This document shows, piece by piece, positions 15,201-28,135 of a stretch of DNA of 64,000 bases (positions are counted from its first letter, which is position 1; each line of letters begins with the position of its first letter). Source of the DNA: Tubiluchus corallicola (taxonomy: Eukaryota > Animalia > Priapulida). The stretch covers positions 163,742 to 227,741 of the forward strand of contig JAQGDQ010000346.1 of NCBI GenBank assembly GCA_030141605.1, read 5' to 3'. The translations under genes and the position numbers were made by a program. Below the pieces are notes generated by a model. That model searched no databases, had not been told where the DNA came from, and worked only from the letters and a program-made list of their open reading frames with translations.

Positions 15201-18200
15201 AATACGTTTCGTGACTACCTATAAGTTTTATTGTTTTAGACTAATTAGTGCAGCAACTTAGTGTATTAGTTGTATTAGTGTATTAATTTAGTCAAGTGGC
15301 CTATAAATTATTTCACTAAATTTATACACTATTGCAATTTGTGTATTAATTGTGTTAATACAAATTAACGGCAATATTTTAAAATGAGTGAAGAAGTAAA
15401 TCAAAGTCGATAGGAAATTTTTGCTTCGATAAAATTTTTCAATGACTGATTTTGAGTGATTAGACTTTTAAAAACGGAAAGTGTTTCTGTAAAGCTTTGC
15501 TTACATTCACCGGCAGTGAAAACGTCAACGGCAGCGAAAATTTTTTAATCTTTGCATGAAAAAGTTAATAGCATATCAGCCCTTTCATCAGGTGGTGCAA
15601 CTGACACTAATGTGACGAACTTTTCATCACAGTATTATAAGAAAGTAATCGTTTGAAAGTTACGTTACTGACACTGATGTATAAACACCAAAATTTTTAC
15701 GTCATTCTCTTACATTTGTCCGAAGATACAGAACTTCTAGATCAACAAGTCAAAAAATAAATATCTGAAGAAATTTTGTCACTATTGTTTTGTTATTTTG
15801 ACACTTAATTACTATAATTTGCAGCAAGTGCTCTATGTGTTCATAAATTCACTGCAAACTAGTCGAAGGCGTTCTTCCAATAGTTATCACTGTCTCTTAC
15901 TTCTTTAAGGGGTATTTGGTCCCAGTACTCAACAAAAATTTTGACTTTAGTTGCTTTGCCTCAAACGGCTCCGTGCGGTCATTGTACGCTTTCTCTTTAA
16001 AGGAATTCCAGATACCGTAAACTGGATGATCACCCGTAAGACCCAATTTTAGTTGGCAAGAAATCTTTACAAGTGCTTTATTTTCTAATCGCAATATACA
16101 CATGACCGCTTTGCATTGCCGTTGTTGCACTGTAGCAGGACCTGATTCAACAAAATCTACACTGTTCTGCTCAATCGATTAAATGTGATTTTCATTACCT
16201 TGCTGATAAATGTTGGCTTCATACTCTTCTAGCGCATCTGCTAACTCTGCCGCCCGATTGACGGCGCTGTTGACCGCATCACGTGGTATATCTCTGGCGC
16301 TAAACGGCTGCGGACCAATAAACTGTGAGAGCGCACAGGGTAACAGAAGAAGTAGCGAAATCCTGCAAGAAAAATCATGTTGTTCTTGAAAACTCAGCCG
16401 ATTGTGGATGCTCAGCAGAACTGGATTATATTCACCAATGTGCTTTCACTAACATACTTATATAAGCATAATAAATTGTGGTTAGAGTTATATGGCTGTT
16501 CAGCAGCTCACCTTAGAGTGATTAGTCTTGACAGTGAGCCAGATTCCGGTCTCGACACAAATATCCAAATGAATAGACCCTACGGTATTACGGCTTATAG
16601 TGTGCCGAGTTGTATAGAAAATTAGAAAAAAATTTAAAAAGGCAAAACACCGAAAAACAGGACATTGAAAAAGCCAAAACATCGAAATTAAAAGCACGTT
16701 AAAAATCGATAAAGTAGCCCGTTTACAGCAATAGAGAGTAATGGCAGCAACGAAGTTTAAATTATAGATGCGCGTTTACGAAAGGACAAAGTAGTATAAA
16801 GATCCAACATTGTTTAAACTCCTCGTATGAAGTCACTATATCTACAACGAATAGGAACTACGCCCTGTCGACATAACTATTTGAAAATTATTGTCCAGTC
16901 AAACCGCTAAACAAACAATTTATAATAAACATAGTTTATTAGTTTCAGATTAACAGTTTTGTAATCGTTGTTACTAATTATAGATTTTCAATTTTTCCTG
17001 CAACTACAAAAGACTGATTTGACAAAGGAATCTACGTTCGCCATGCCACCCAGATATCAAACAAACTCCGCACTCTGCCAAAAGGAAATTTGCTGCTTTT
17101 CAACCCATTAAACGGGATGGTTAACAGCAATTAGTACTACAAACCGCTTGTAGACTGTAGGCAAACACATACAAGGCCGAGTTTGCGAACGTAATTGAAG
17201 CATACACGGCGTTTGGCATTGATAGGCCTATTTAAATTTTTCAACCTTTACAAGTCGTCAATACAGAAAAGGGCAACTTTCCGAGAAGTGAGAACTATAA
17301 CAGCTATTAATTACACCCCTAACAGTATACAGCTTTTTATTGTTGTCTATGCTGTTCTTGTGTTTATTGTAAAAGACACTTTGTTGTTGTGTGGCCTACA
17401 GGCAGGCGCGCATTTCAAGCTGCTAATTTTCGTGCTCTTCACAATAAGATGAGCTGCAACTTTGAAACTAAACATTAGGCAAACTTGTTTTCGACAAATA
17501 GAACAGACAGCAAAACTCGGTCAGTGCCACAAAGCATTCATTGTAAATTAGCTTAATAGCCCAACTTTCACTAACTTTAAACAGTTAACTAATGACAGTA
17601 GAGCGCAGGTGCATTGTAAAGTAATCAGCATGTAAATGACAATGATCAATTGATGCAAAATTAAGGCATTGTTGTTACAGGTAAAAGCACGACTAAGCTA
17701 GTGTCTTAGATGTAACAATTTGTAAGTGAAACGTATTTAAAAGACATAAGGTAGTTATAATATGTATCTTGCTTGAAATGCAACGTTTCAGAACTAGGTC
17801 CAGTTTAGTCAAATGTATAGTCAAGTGTGCTACTCAGTTTTACTTCTAATCAACATCTAAATATTACCAAAACTGAATAAATTGAGACATTAAAATTGAC
17901 ATTTTCTTTTAAAAATTGAACCATGTGATGTTTAACAATTACCGATTTTTTACTCAGATTCCCAATCCCCCTTTGCTTCCTCTCTTTTTCTCCCCTTCAC
18001 TCTCTCTTCTTTCTCTCTCTCTCTCTCTCTCTCCCTGTCTGTTTTCGTCTCTCTCTCTCTCTCTCACATTTCCTTCTCTCCACGTCCTCGCTTTCTCTCG
18101 CTTCCCTCCTACTCATCTCTCTCATTCACTATTCAAATTACTCAACTTATTCAAATTATTAACATTATTCATTTCAGTTTAAAATCAATTATTTGTTTAC

Positions 18201-21200
18201 AGTACTGTACTTTACTTCAATTATAAAAAGTTTTACACAATCATATTGTCGCAGCGATAACAAGCTTAAAAAACATAATTTTGCTTTTATTATAAAGCAA
18301 TTTTAAGCCCCAAACACCTTCCCGACATTTCGCTACATAAATCTATGAACACACAGAATTTGCTGTCACCTTTCCATGACACCCAAAGTTCGGCAGTTCT
18401 TTCAAAAAGGTTCTAAAGCCAAAACTCTAGGATTCCTCAACACGTTTCTCATGCGGCAAAAAGGCATTCATTACCATCGAAAGAACTTCGCCTCACATTC
18501 ACATTATAGGCACCAAACTCGCGTCTCCATCTATCAAACCTCATAATAAACTAACACTGTTAGTTAGTCTTACGTAAAGGGGAAGAGAGGGAAATTTTAA
18601 ACTGTCTGTATATTCTAGAAAACTCTCCACACAAGTTATAATTACTTAGCAATACGCTTATCTACTTGAAAGAGTTACATAGCTGGAAAAAGAAAATTTT
18701 CAGCAATTTAAAATGTTCGAGCCAATTAGTAAAACGTCACTGATTCACCTTCCGAGTGTACACCACTGACTCACCAAAACCGCATTTTAATCTTATTGAC
18801 AGGAAGAACTTGTTATAGATTCTTTAGTTATTTTTCCAAACTTTACCCTGTGTTATCTTCTTATCTAAACTTGTTTTAATTGACTTACCTCAAAAATGGT
18901 TGCCTTAAAGAGTTTAAATTTTGAAGCTTTATACATTGATACATGCTATGTGCGCAAAAAGATAGTGTGACACAAAATTCCAAGGCGATATTTAAGCTTT
19001 ATGTAAGTAAAGAGTTTTCTTCTGCTCAAATTCTCTGCTGTTACAACTGCAAAGTAACGTGACAAGTTTTTAACCTGCACGTGTCACCCCAGTAATAATT
19101 TGTCATGTGTTTAAAGTGATTGCATTACAGTCAGATCTGGGACATAACGATAACCACATACTCAGCATGTGATAAATCATTGTAACGGTGATAAAATATA
19201 CGGGACTGTAGTCACTGCATGTCACGTTTCAAGGTATGCATAATTATAAAGATTTAAATTGTTTCACAATTGTAATTTGCGTAGCAGAAAGGAAGGCCTT
19301 TCATTTGATCTGTTATTAATCAAGTGATATAACTAATTAGTAATACAGCAAATTATAAATTAATTAATTAGCAGGAGAAAGAGGATGTAGGAAAATAAGT
19401 GGCACGTTCCTGACTGAATAACGATGATCGTTATAATACATTATGTTACGTTTTGACATAAGACAACTGAGCGCCACAAAAGAGATGACTTTGCCCTGTA
19501 ATTGTTTTATTTAATGATAGTGACAAAAATTGACTTCTAGGAGAATATCGCAGTATCAATCCTATTGCCGTGACAGCTAAACACGACTACTGGAAGTGCG
19601 CAGATGTAACTTTTTTCTACTTGCATGTCTAAACGGCAACAATTTTACATGTTATGAAAAACACTTAAATTTACCAAGATTGCTGCTTTGAATAACGCTT
19701 GTTAATTCGCTGAAATTGAACATGGACTTCTGCATTATGACACCAAGATAACGTAAAAATGATATTACGTTTGCATAACTCTAATATTCCTACCACATAA
19801 CTTGGTCTTTTTACCTTCCAATATGCGTATAATCGCATATGAGCTACGAGCTCATTTCTACTAAACCCTTGTATTAATCAATTAAGCTTGGGTTTGGGGG
19901 CATAAATAAGGTCACAGGAAACAAAGACACGATTTTTCCTATGGTTATGGTTAGGAGTATTTCGTTTATATTTGTGTTTTTTCTGTGACTTTTTACATGG
20001 ATTCGCCTAATAGATTGATGGGTGTTGAGAAAACTACTTCTGTCGGTTTTTAAGCGTCGTACTGTATTTAGCTGTTTCATGGAGGACAGATGTATATATA
20101 TGAATCCAGAAGTTGTCAAGACTCTTCTACCAGCTTAGTACCTCATCATAGAAGACTGTGATAAATTGTAAATAAGTTCGGTACTGCCACATGAACCATC
20201 ATAATAAGTAGGCCCTGCTTTAGATTTAAAATAAAGCACATTTACACAGAACCTGATTATGATTTCTAAATAATCGCCCCAAGAATAGTTTAATATATTT
20301 GCCGGGAAGACACTTCAAAGATGGATGAAAAAATGTTGCAAACTTGACAGAAATCAATTTGATGCTTTGTGAATTCTTCAGGGTGATTTACTGCCAAAAA
20401 AATCCCAGACGCTGTGACAACGTTGACAAATGTTTCTTTAATTTGTTAATAACAACCCACTAATACAAAACTTAGCCAATGGCAGTTGTTGCAGCTACGG
20501 TATTTTTAACAGCACATATAGCGACAGTTAGGCCTAAATTGCTGGAATTACTCATTGTATAAGCACTACGTGCTTAAACACAGAAAATGTTTGATTAGCA
20601 ATTTAGTCAAATTAGTCTGCCAAAACACAGGAATCTTGTGCTAATCATTCAGAATTCGGACAAAAACTACGCAACTCATAACTTAACTCACAAGGTCGGC
20701 TGCTAATTTTTTCTTTTCACTGTGTTGGGCCAACACTAGGTTACATCGTTCCAAAATTATAAGGTTACAGCATTCCATTGTTGCAAATCTGTGTAAGAAC
20801 TGGCTTAAATTAGTTTGGAATGTGAAGCATTCGGTTACTCTCATACTGAATCTTTTCTGGCTAACTCCTTGAATATATTATTTAGAGACCGTTTATCGTT
20901 GTCATGGAATCCGTTTTTTCGTGAATATGTCTTTAGAAGGCGATTTGTCGTTGCTGTGAAGTCCATTGGAGAGCGAGAGAGAGAGGGGGGAAGAGAACGG
21001 GTGAGAGAGAAAAAGAGAGAGGAGGAGAGAGTAAAAACAAAAAGCTGTTAAAGAACAAAGAAAAAGAAAACGGATATTTTTTCAAGTACAAGGTTTGAAT
21101 TTTAAATGTACTACCATATATGCTGTAATGACAACCAGTATAATTTAACTACTATAACACTCGACCAAGTTAGTTTTAAGTTTAAGTTTGAACTTTTAGT

Positions 21201-24200
21201 ACTAATTTAACGCTTTATGTATATTGCTGGATGTCATCATGGCATTAATGGCTGTACATTTAAAATTTAGATCTTGATCAATATATTTTGGGTATATTCT
21301 AAATAAAAAACGCCGGTTACGCTACCTGCAAGTCCCGAGGTAGTATATCGCTTATTTGCTCAGATCGCCCGGACGACATATTTTTATCCACGTAATTATA
21401 GTCTGAATAAAAATCGGCTCCACAATATTCGTGGTATTTCAACTGGAATCGATGCTAAATTTACTTTTAAGTGTGCTGCTTTCTATTTATCACGACAAGG
21501 GCGATAGAACTAAGCGAATCATTCGTAGTAATCAATCATTAGCAATCATTAAGTACCACATCTAACAACCCATATCGATCACAGGAATAAGACCGAATAA
21601 AACAGTCCAACTGATGTAGTTTACGACAAGGGTTATTTGGATCAAAACATCACAGTCTAAATCTCTTTCTAATTGCCTGCTGGTATTTATACCTGAAATA
21701 CAGTTTTATGGCATTTATTGTAACGGTTATTCGTGCGTATGTAGTCATAATGATACAAAACTGACCCGGTATACTGTAGGATTGTTAACTGTAATTATCA
21801 GATTTATACTTTGTTAATTCGGAACTTGTTTATACAGCAGTATTATTTAGTCCTGGAGTGCACAATTGCAGATAATCCTTATAGCTATTGCCTATTTGAT
21901 TAATATGTAATTATAGCGTGTCTGGCAACACTACAGAGTGGAAAGAGCTCGCTAGATTGTTGGTGGAACTAGCCTCGGCTAAAATTGGCTAAAATATTAT
22001 TGAAGAAAAGCACTAGCTTATATAACGCTGAAGCTAAAATCACTTGTGTTTAATATGAATAGTCTTCTAAATTTTAACCTGTTGTAGCTAACTAAACCAA
22101 CAGATATTAGCCTGTCCAATAGTACTATGCAGGGTACCCAGAAACCAGTGGCGGGACCCAGGAACCGGAGCATGTGAGGAAATTTGCTTCACAGTCCAAG
22201 CAGCGTAATGTTTAGCTGTTGTGCGCATGCACACATGTCTGAGATAAGACGCTGTGCTTTAGCTAGAAAGAGTACTGTCGCTGTACGTGTTGTCAGTTGT
22301 CACGTATTCTTGAACTACGACAATTTAGGCTGTTCGTAAGAAAACAATATTTTTTGTTTGGGAGTTTATCAAGTATAAGTATAAATGAGTTAGTTTGTTT
22401 AAAATTTAAATTAAAACTTTAAATTACACATCTTTGTTTCGTTTTACACACAGTATTAAAACAATGGCTAAAAAATGATTAATTTTGCAGCACCCCGACT
22501 AATTTTAGCTACAAGCCGCGACTGCCAGAAACGATTAACCACCTTCTGTATAGACGCCACCGAAAGACAAAAACCGCCACGGAAAAGAACGTAATTTTGG
22601 TTTCGAATAACAAATGTTTATTTTTGAAATCTTATACTGACGGTAGTACCAGCTCTGCTGGCCGTTTAATTAATCGGTGGGGAAAAATGTTTCGCCGAAA
22701 TTGGTACTCAATCACTTCGCCGATTCTTTCTTGATTGTTTGTTACTGGAGATAATAGGATTAGACTGTTATGATACAAATAAAAATTATAAAATATACGT
22801 TTGTTTCTACTTGTGATAACTTCTCAGTCTTGCGGCTCTATCATTTCTCGATACCCTTCACATTTATTTCACCTTCATTATTTTTGGATCGCAGGTTAAT
22901 GATACCTAAATAAAAGCATCTTAACACTCAGTTGCGCAAATAAAGTGCCAGTGGTTTTAGAGTCCGTGCACTTTGTGCTTACTTGCTACCAACTACTGCC
23001 TATTTGCAAATAGTTAATTCCATACAGACTTCACCCTTGGAGAGATCACGTAATAACACCATTGTAATCTAGTAATTTAATGCAGTGCACGATTCAATAT
23101 CCAATAATAGACATATATATTTGTAGTTAACAGTCACATACGATTAGATATAAACTTGTTTCCCGGAAGAATCACTTTCTAAATAATTAAGAGGAGCCTT
23201 GGTGCGTTTGGCCCATGGCATAAACACGTGCCCGTGGCAGATGAATGGAAGCAAATATTATAGGAAACAACATTACAAATTGTTTACCTTTCCATACAGT
23301 TTTAGCTCAATTGTTGGTGCTTGAACATTTGGACCACTAGTTAGTACACTACAAACAGTTTGCTAATAATACCATTAAATACCCCGTACACTTCATTTAC
23401 CAATTTTTGTGCTGGTCACCGACACTTCTGAATGACCTTTAGTTTAATACCGAGCTGTAATTCAATACATTCTAGTAAACCACTACCGGACAAACATATA
23501 TGATCTACATTATCACATTTTATTAATTTATAAACTGTGCTTTTAAATCGTAAATATTCATGGTTTCTGGTTACTTAGTTTACCACAGATTCAAGATCAG
23601 TTTTATCTCATATGGTCTATTTAATTTCTAAACATAAGTTTGGACTCATTTTAATTTATTTCTTTCATGTATCTTGTAACAGTGCAATAGTGCTCATCAC
23701 TATATGTTCTCCTTGCTTATTCTTTTAAAAAAATCTATTTTATAATTTTATGCTCTGCTCTGCTGAATTCAACCTTTTGGTTGTGATGATAAGTAAACTT
23801 ATTATATAATGTAAAAATTAATTATTACACTAAATTGATATTACAATGTAGGACTGATATTACAAACGCTGAACGTACGCAGAAATGGAATATTATTATC
23901 AATTCGTCCAGCTATTTAACGGACTGAAATTAGGGACTTGGGAAAAGTGACGCAACGATAAAACTTTCGTCATAGGTTTCGATTTTTGTGCCTTCTCAAT
24001 TTCCGTGCCCCTCAATTTAAAAGAAATATACAAAATTTTAATGCGGAAGTACTAGTAATTGGGAACTAAGGCCTCATGGTAGCTACTAGGCTGAAATTAC
24101 TTTTGTATCCCAGATAAACGAACAAGAAGGTCCGAAAAATACAAAAACAACTCTAATCTCATTATTTGACATTAACAGTGTTAGCCCAATTACTATGCAG

Positions 24201-25973
24201 AGGTTAAATTCAATTATTGGGCTAATTGAACGAAAAGTTAATACTATGGCATTTTACCGTTACGTAACTGTCACAGTTAACACGCACAACTGTTACAGAG
24301 CTGCAATCCATGAGCGAGGTACGTGAACGGGTTAAGAAAAATCAGCAAACTGTAACAAGTACCGCTGACTCTAACAAAAGAAAGAGAAAACAGTTTTCAA
24401 GGCAATAAGCCTGCGCGCGTGATTTGTATTCATATCCCCTTACAACCTAAAATACGATGATTATACTGTACGGACAACATTCAGATAATGGCTTGTAAAA
24501 ACCTACAAAAGCCTGTCATTATATGCTCTAAAAACTCCACAAATTTCTCCAGAAATCACGCTTAAACGCCCCCCTTTTTGGATACGCCATGTTTGCCTGC
24601 AAATTTGTGTAATAATTACAAGAATGAATTAACAACAATAAAGACAGGCTGTTTAAGGAGTGAAATAATCGATAAAATACTTTTTATGTTGAATTTCATT
24701 TCGGATATCATTGTCAAGCGAATTCATTGGCTACTACAAGAAAATCAGTCTATAAGATTTTTAAAATCAGTCTGCTAATGTCTATAAAATATGTAGACGG
24801 TCACTGAACAGTGAAAAATCTGGTGGAAAAAACAAGAAACCGAAACCATATAGCTAAAAATTTGTACAAAGTGTTTATGCTTTATCGTTTAAACATTTTA
24901 CGTGTATATGTAATTTCAATTTAAAATAGTTACAGAATTTCTTAAATTAAAATGCTGAAATCGTAGTGGCCGTGCAGCAAATAAAATATAGTAACAAAGT
25001 TGTGACAGAAATCTAAGTAGCAGAGCTTTGTTACAAAAACATCTGCGACCCCCCAAGTGTTCGTTACTGCATTGTGGATTTAAACTGTCTCGGGACAACG
25101 ATCCATGCAGCATAGTTGATATACAGGGCTACTTTGCTATTTTATTTTCAAATTTTGTTTAGATAGCCTCTCCCCAAATGAATGAAACCGGAATTGTACA
25201 GTCTTCTACAGGTGTTCCTTATATGCGTCTTTGGATGTCATGCATCACTACCTATACACATGGCTTCCTCAAATTTTTGCCGTCTGGCTTCATTTGATAA
25301 AAGCTAATCCGCTATGTACAGCACTTATACTTTGAACTTAAATTAAATTTTCTTTAATTATTATATGATATTTTTGATTCTTCAGACAACTTTTGTTTGA
25401 AAACGCAGCTACTGAGTATCACACTCTCAGAAGGATTTAAGTTTATTATGATAAATGCAAAAAATACATAAATTGGCGGTCAATGCAAGAAATACATAAA
25501 TTGGCGGTCACACCTAGGGAAACCAGATCTCTAGTTGTATGGAAAATCAAGAAACAACTTAAATTTGGTTCCTGGAATTCTAGTTTTAAACAAATATCTT
25601 GCTAATTAGAAAGGTAAAGTCGTTGTTTTCAATTCTCAAAACAAAATTTTGGCTATTTCAAAAAACAGTCATAGCTCTTTGAATAAAAAAAAATCAAATT
25701 AGCTCCTTATAAGCCAAAAAACATAATTCCTATTATATTTTTTAAATTACTAGCATTTTTATTGAACAGAAGCACACCTGTACTTATTTTAAAAATATTA
25801 AATTCAATCATTAATTAATGAAAGATCTAATTTCCAATAATTTTTAACGAAAAATGAAACAACAAACAACTGATTTATTGCTTATTTAGCCTTTCTGAAA
25901 CAGAAATAAATCTAGACAAATTCACAACTACTAAGCAATTAACTAAAAAAACTTACCTATGTATGAGCGCCAT
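1..25973 (-). CDS. Animal heme peroxidase (chorion peroxidase/peroxinectin-like), secreted; 14 coding exons, 3' end outside window
   Basis: Exons (minus): 25957-25973, 16199-16362, 15042-15168, 13466-13683, 12877-13047, 12518-12703, 7025-7126, 6783-6902, 5712-6210, 4099-4208, 2849-2957, 2025-2194, 1004-1112, 1-281. All introns GT..AG with matching phases; 2383 nt open. Motifs: signal peptide (MALIHRISLLLLLPCALS), [18 protein letters not shown] (distal Gln/Asp/His), ITSYIDAS (Ca site), GDERVNE (distal Arg/Glu), REHNRLA, AFRFGH (proximal His), LNIQRGREHG, HGDRYFY. Confidence 0.95.
1004..1112 (-). CDS. Peroxidase exon 13
   Basis: DQLRQIRKMTLAKVTCSNTDFMQRLQPRCMF, matching the family QLxxIRKxTLAxxxCxN motif; CAG acceptor, GTAAAT donor. 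Confidence 0.93.
2025..2194 (-). CDS. Peroxidase exon 12
   Basis: HVDDMDLFPAMLAERPLPDALVGPTVQCLVGQQFKAYKHGDRYFYD...SFTP; phases 2/1. Confidence 0.95.
2849..2957 (-). CDS. Peroxidase exon 11
   Basis: GYNYWREYCGLRRARDFFDLQSEMDVRMVDRFSRLYR; phases 1/2. Confidence 0.95.
4099..4208 (-). CDS. Peroxidase exon 10
   Basis: FITTEVRDKLFKEAGKPFGFDLPALNIQRGREHGIPG; phases 2/1. Confidence 0.96.
5712..6210 (-). CDS. Peroxidase exon 9 (distal Arg, proximal His)
   Basis: [26 protein letters not shown]...FATAAFRFGHTIL...EGYDR; CAG acceptor, GTTGGT donor; phases 1/2. Confidence 0.97.
6783..6902 (-). CDS. Peroxidase exon 8
   Basis: GRMLSLTHPEGRQYHHLLPKDPNVRDCIPEVHRDIKCFAAG; AAG acceptor; phases 1/1. Confidence 0.92.
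7025..7126 (-). CDS. Peroxidase exon 7 (Ca-binding segment)
   Basis: GVREQMNEITSYIDASMIYGSDKKKSDKLREFRGG; phases 1/1. Confidence 0.96.
7601..8560. repeat. 26-bp minisatellite, ~36 head-to-tail copies, in peroxidase intron 6
   Basis: Unit GTTATAAACGCTTACAATCGTGTCCA with recurrent single-base variants; no unique spacers. Confidence 0.97.
12518..12703 (-). CDS. Peroxidase exon 6
   Basis: GHNMTTLECCPRP...HPACLPIMIPRNDSFYSRYGEKCMSFSRS; phases 1/1. Confidence 0.95.
12877..13047 (-). CDS. Peroxidase exon 5 (distal His)
   Basis: GVDKPRAARDGTELPNPRIVTTAIH...[16 protein letters not shown]; phases 1/1. Confidence 0.96.
13466..13683 (-). CDS. Peroxidase exon 4
   Basis: YRLTKRDIWYEMP...[39 protein letters not shown]; phases 2/1. 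Confidence 0.96.
15042..15168 (-). CDS. Peroxidase exon 3 (propeptide-like region)
   Basis: GFFSRPGTGASFVGAFAKTSLEAKRLSKGAIIAIEATKALARR; CAG acceptor, GTATG donor; phases 1/2 fit both neighbours. Confidence 0.88.
16199..16362 (-). CDS. Peroxidase exon 2 (signal peptide core and propeptide)
   Basis: ISLLLLLPCALSQFIGPQPFSARDIPRDAVNSAVNRAAELADALEEYEANIYQQ; phases 2/1. Confidence 0.88.
18889..18944 (-). CDS. Candidate alternative first coding exon of the peroxidase
   Basis: ATG...TTTTTGAG|GTAAGTCA, a consensus donor in phase 2; splices in frame to exon 2, giving MYQCIKLQNLNSLRQPFLR-ISLLLLLPCALS. Confidence 0.35.
22146..22524. mobile_element. hAT-superfamily MITE in peroxidase intron 1
   Basis: Termini CAGTGGCGG...CCGCGACTG (imperfect TIR) flanked by a perfect 8-bp TSD CCAGAAAC (22138-22145 and 22525-22532). 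Confidence 0.85.
25957..25973 (-). CDS. Peroxidase first coding exon (MALIHR)
   Basis: ATGGCGCTCATACATAG|GTAAGT; phase 2 matches exon 2 and completes a normal signal peptide; promoter-like motifs lie ~130 bp upstream. Confidence 0.7.
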
Positions 25974-26100
25974 TCCAACAGGTGGAATCCAGTAATTTTA
26001 ACACGTCTCCAACGCACTGTCTAAACTCACCGCTGTAGGCCTGCCACTAAAAGGCGAATGTAGGTCGTAACATACTCTACATACCATACCAGCGACGACA

Positions 26101-26218
26101 CGATTGGCTAAACGGTGTCACATGACGCAACAAGGTAACCAATCGCGTGGCGTTTTTTCCTATTTCACTGTTTTGGAAAGTGAAATTTCATACCATTTCA
26201 TGGTCACACTTTCACTTC
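26101..26218 (-). promoter_or_regulatory. Putative peroxidase proximal promoter: two inverted CCAAT boxes around an M-box/CLEAR-like E-box, plus IRF-like motifs
   Basis: CGATTGG (26101-26107) ... GTCACATGAC (26117-26126) ... CCAATCG (26139-26145); GAAAGTGAAA (26176-26185); ACTTTCACTTC (26208-26218). Confidence 0.5.
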
Positions 26219-27699
26219 ACTCCTCTGCGCATCCACTGCTCAATGTTCAGAAGCTAATTTAAATGGCTATAAGGCGCATTCCAAGCTCAGACTCAGACAT
26301 GAAGTTCATTGCCGACTGGACAGCCAAATGTAAAAAACGACAATAACTCCAAGCAGGGGTGATCTTCTTTTCTTAGCATCCTATGCAGCTGTGCTATAAC
26401 GAATGAGTTTTTCAGTTGTCTGCTTGCAGTTAAAGAGCTAACATTGCGGGGTGTATTTGTACAAAATCAATTAACCAGACCTACTTTATAGCCAAAACTA
26501 TGCACTAAATGACAAACTATATGAGAAAAAATTCTAACAGAGCTGCCTCTATAAAGGCTTTTAGTAATAAAGAAACAGTCACCAGACAGCATGTCATGTC
26601 CATGGCTTTTATAAATTGTTATTGACAGCTGTTATAAATTTGCAGGGCAATAACATAAACAACAGACGAACTTTTAATTGCACGTTGTAAAACTATAGGG
26701 ACGCTTTCTTTTGTTAAGCAAAATAGGTTGCCTTTCAAATGACTTGGGTCTGTCTGTACAAGGTTATTTCATGATAATGGCTGACTTGAACAATTGAAAG
26801 CAAGAAAATCGTACTTCTGATTTCCAGTAAAAATCAAAAAGTCTGTTGCAGTTGTACAATTATCATTATACAATCCTCCATTGCTAATTAAATCATGTGC
26901 AAGTCAATATTGTTAATCAACATTATTGCAATTAATGACTGCATTAGAAATGAAAATAAATATAATTACATATAATGACTATTTGGATTCATCTATCTGG
27001 GATTCGAACCCGCGTTTTATTCGTTCTAGGAAGTTTACTAACCACAATGTGACAGACTTAATGTGAAATTATCTTACATCTTCGGCGATAAAAATATAGT
27101 AGAAGATTAAATTATTTTGAATCGTAAAAATTTAAAATTTGTTAAAGAAATTTCATTTTGCAAAAAAAATTTCGTATGTGTGACATTTTTGCAATAATAA
27201 AATAAAGTTATATGAACAAGTAGATAATTATGTAAGTATTTAAACAGCTATATTATTTTACGTGATTTATTTGATTGTGAAAATGATAGCCTCTCGTGAG
27301 CCCAAGTCTATTTACATTGACCTTATAAATCGTTTTAAATGATACGCGAAGTTGTGATTGACTGTCTGTGAACAAGTGAGACCTAAATAAACTTTCCTCT
27401 AATCTCAAGCAAGTAATGTACGCAAAACTTAGCCATCAGCAGAAATGCTGCAGAAATAGTAAATAAATAAGTAAAGAATAAAAACAAGTACTTTTTGCCA
27501 TTTTACCTCTATGTGCAGACCGTTTTAGATTTGATGATATACGTATGCTTAAGATTTTGAAAGAATCTCATCCACAACCACTTTGTCATAAACCAAATTT
27601 TCGGTCATGAAAATTTTCTGAAATGAACAATTATTATTTTTTGTTTCGATAATATTTAAATTCAAATATTTAAACACCATCACAGGTCTAAAGCATCGC

Positions 27700-28135
27700 T
27701 TCTATGGTAAACCGTGATGGACTGAAGAGATTTCCATTTTTACACACTTCAGTTGCTCTGCAAGCCGTGATCCGGTATTCAGGCTCTGCTCAATGTGGTT
27801 GTGGCTGGGACGGAACGTATCTATTTACCTTAATCCTCTGCGGTGAGACATGCGACCCGGCAGAGATGCCTTGGCCGCGTTCAGTAAATCGTCAGAGTCG
27901 ATATGGCAGTGGCCACCTCTCAGAAGCAGCTTTCCGAGCCCTCATCCATCCTTTTTCTGAACAGGATCAGCACTGCTTAGCTAGCGCAAACCGTGATCAC
28001 TCGCCCTAAACTGCGGAAAGTGCAAGCAATTATGTTAGCGGACAAAAATTATTGTAGTAAAAACATACGTGTTGTCTAAACTGCTCTGACCAATAGCCGC
28101 GCTAGACAGCGCCATATAAATAAGTTAACATTGAC
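27700..28135. mobile_element. SINE-like GC-richer element containing a 5S-rRNA-derived segment (27921-28000, minus)
   Basis: Minus strand reads AGCTAAGCAG...GGATGGATGA...CTGCTTCTG, resembling the 5S A/C boxes; related to the 30515-30590 copy; ends in GCGCCATATAAATAAGTTAACATTGACAT. Confidence 0.45.

Noticed and set aside
15897-16130. 77-aa minus-strand ORF inside peroxidase intron 2
   Set aside because: Exons 2 and 3 join in phase without it, and it has no recognisable motif or good splice sites.
26997-27014. GGTTCGAATCCC B-box (minus) as a tRNA gene; similar fragments near 705 and 57050
   Set aside because: No cloverleaf or recognisable A-box/anticodon arm; at most decayed tRNA-SINE heads.
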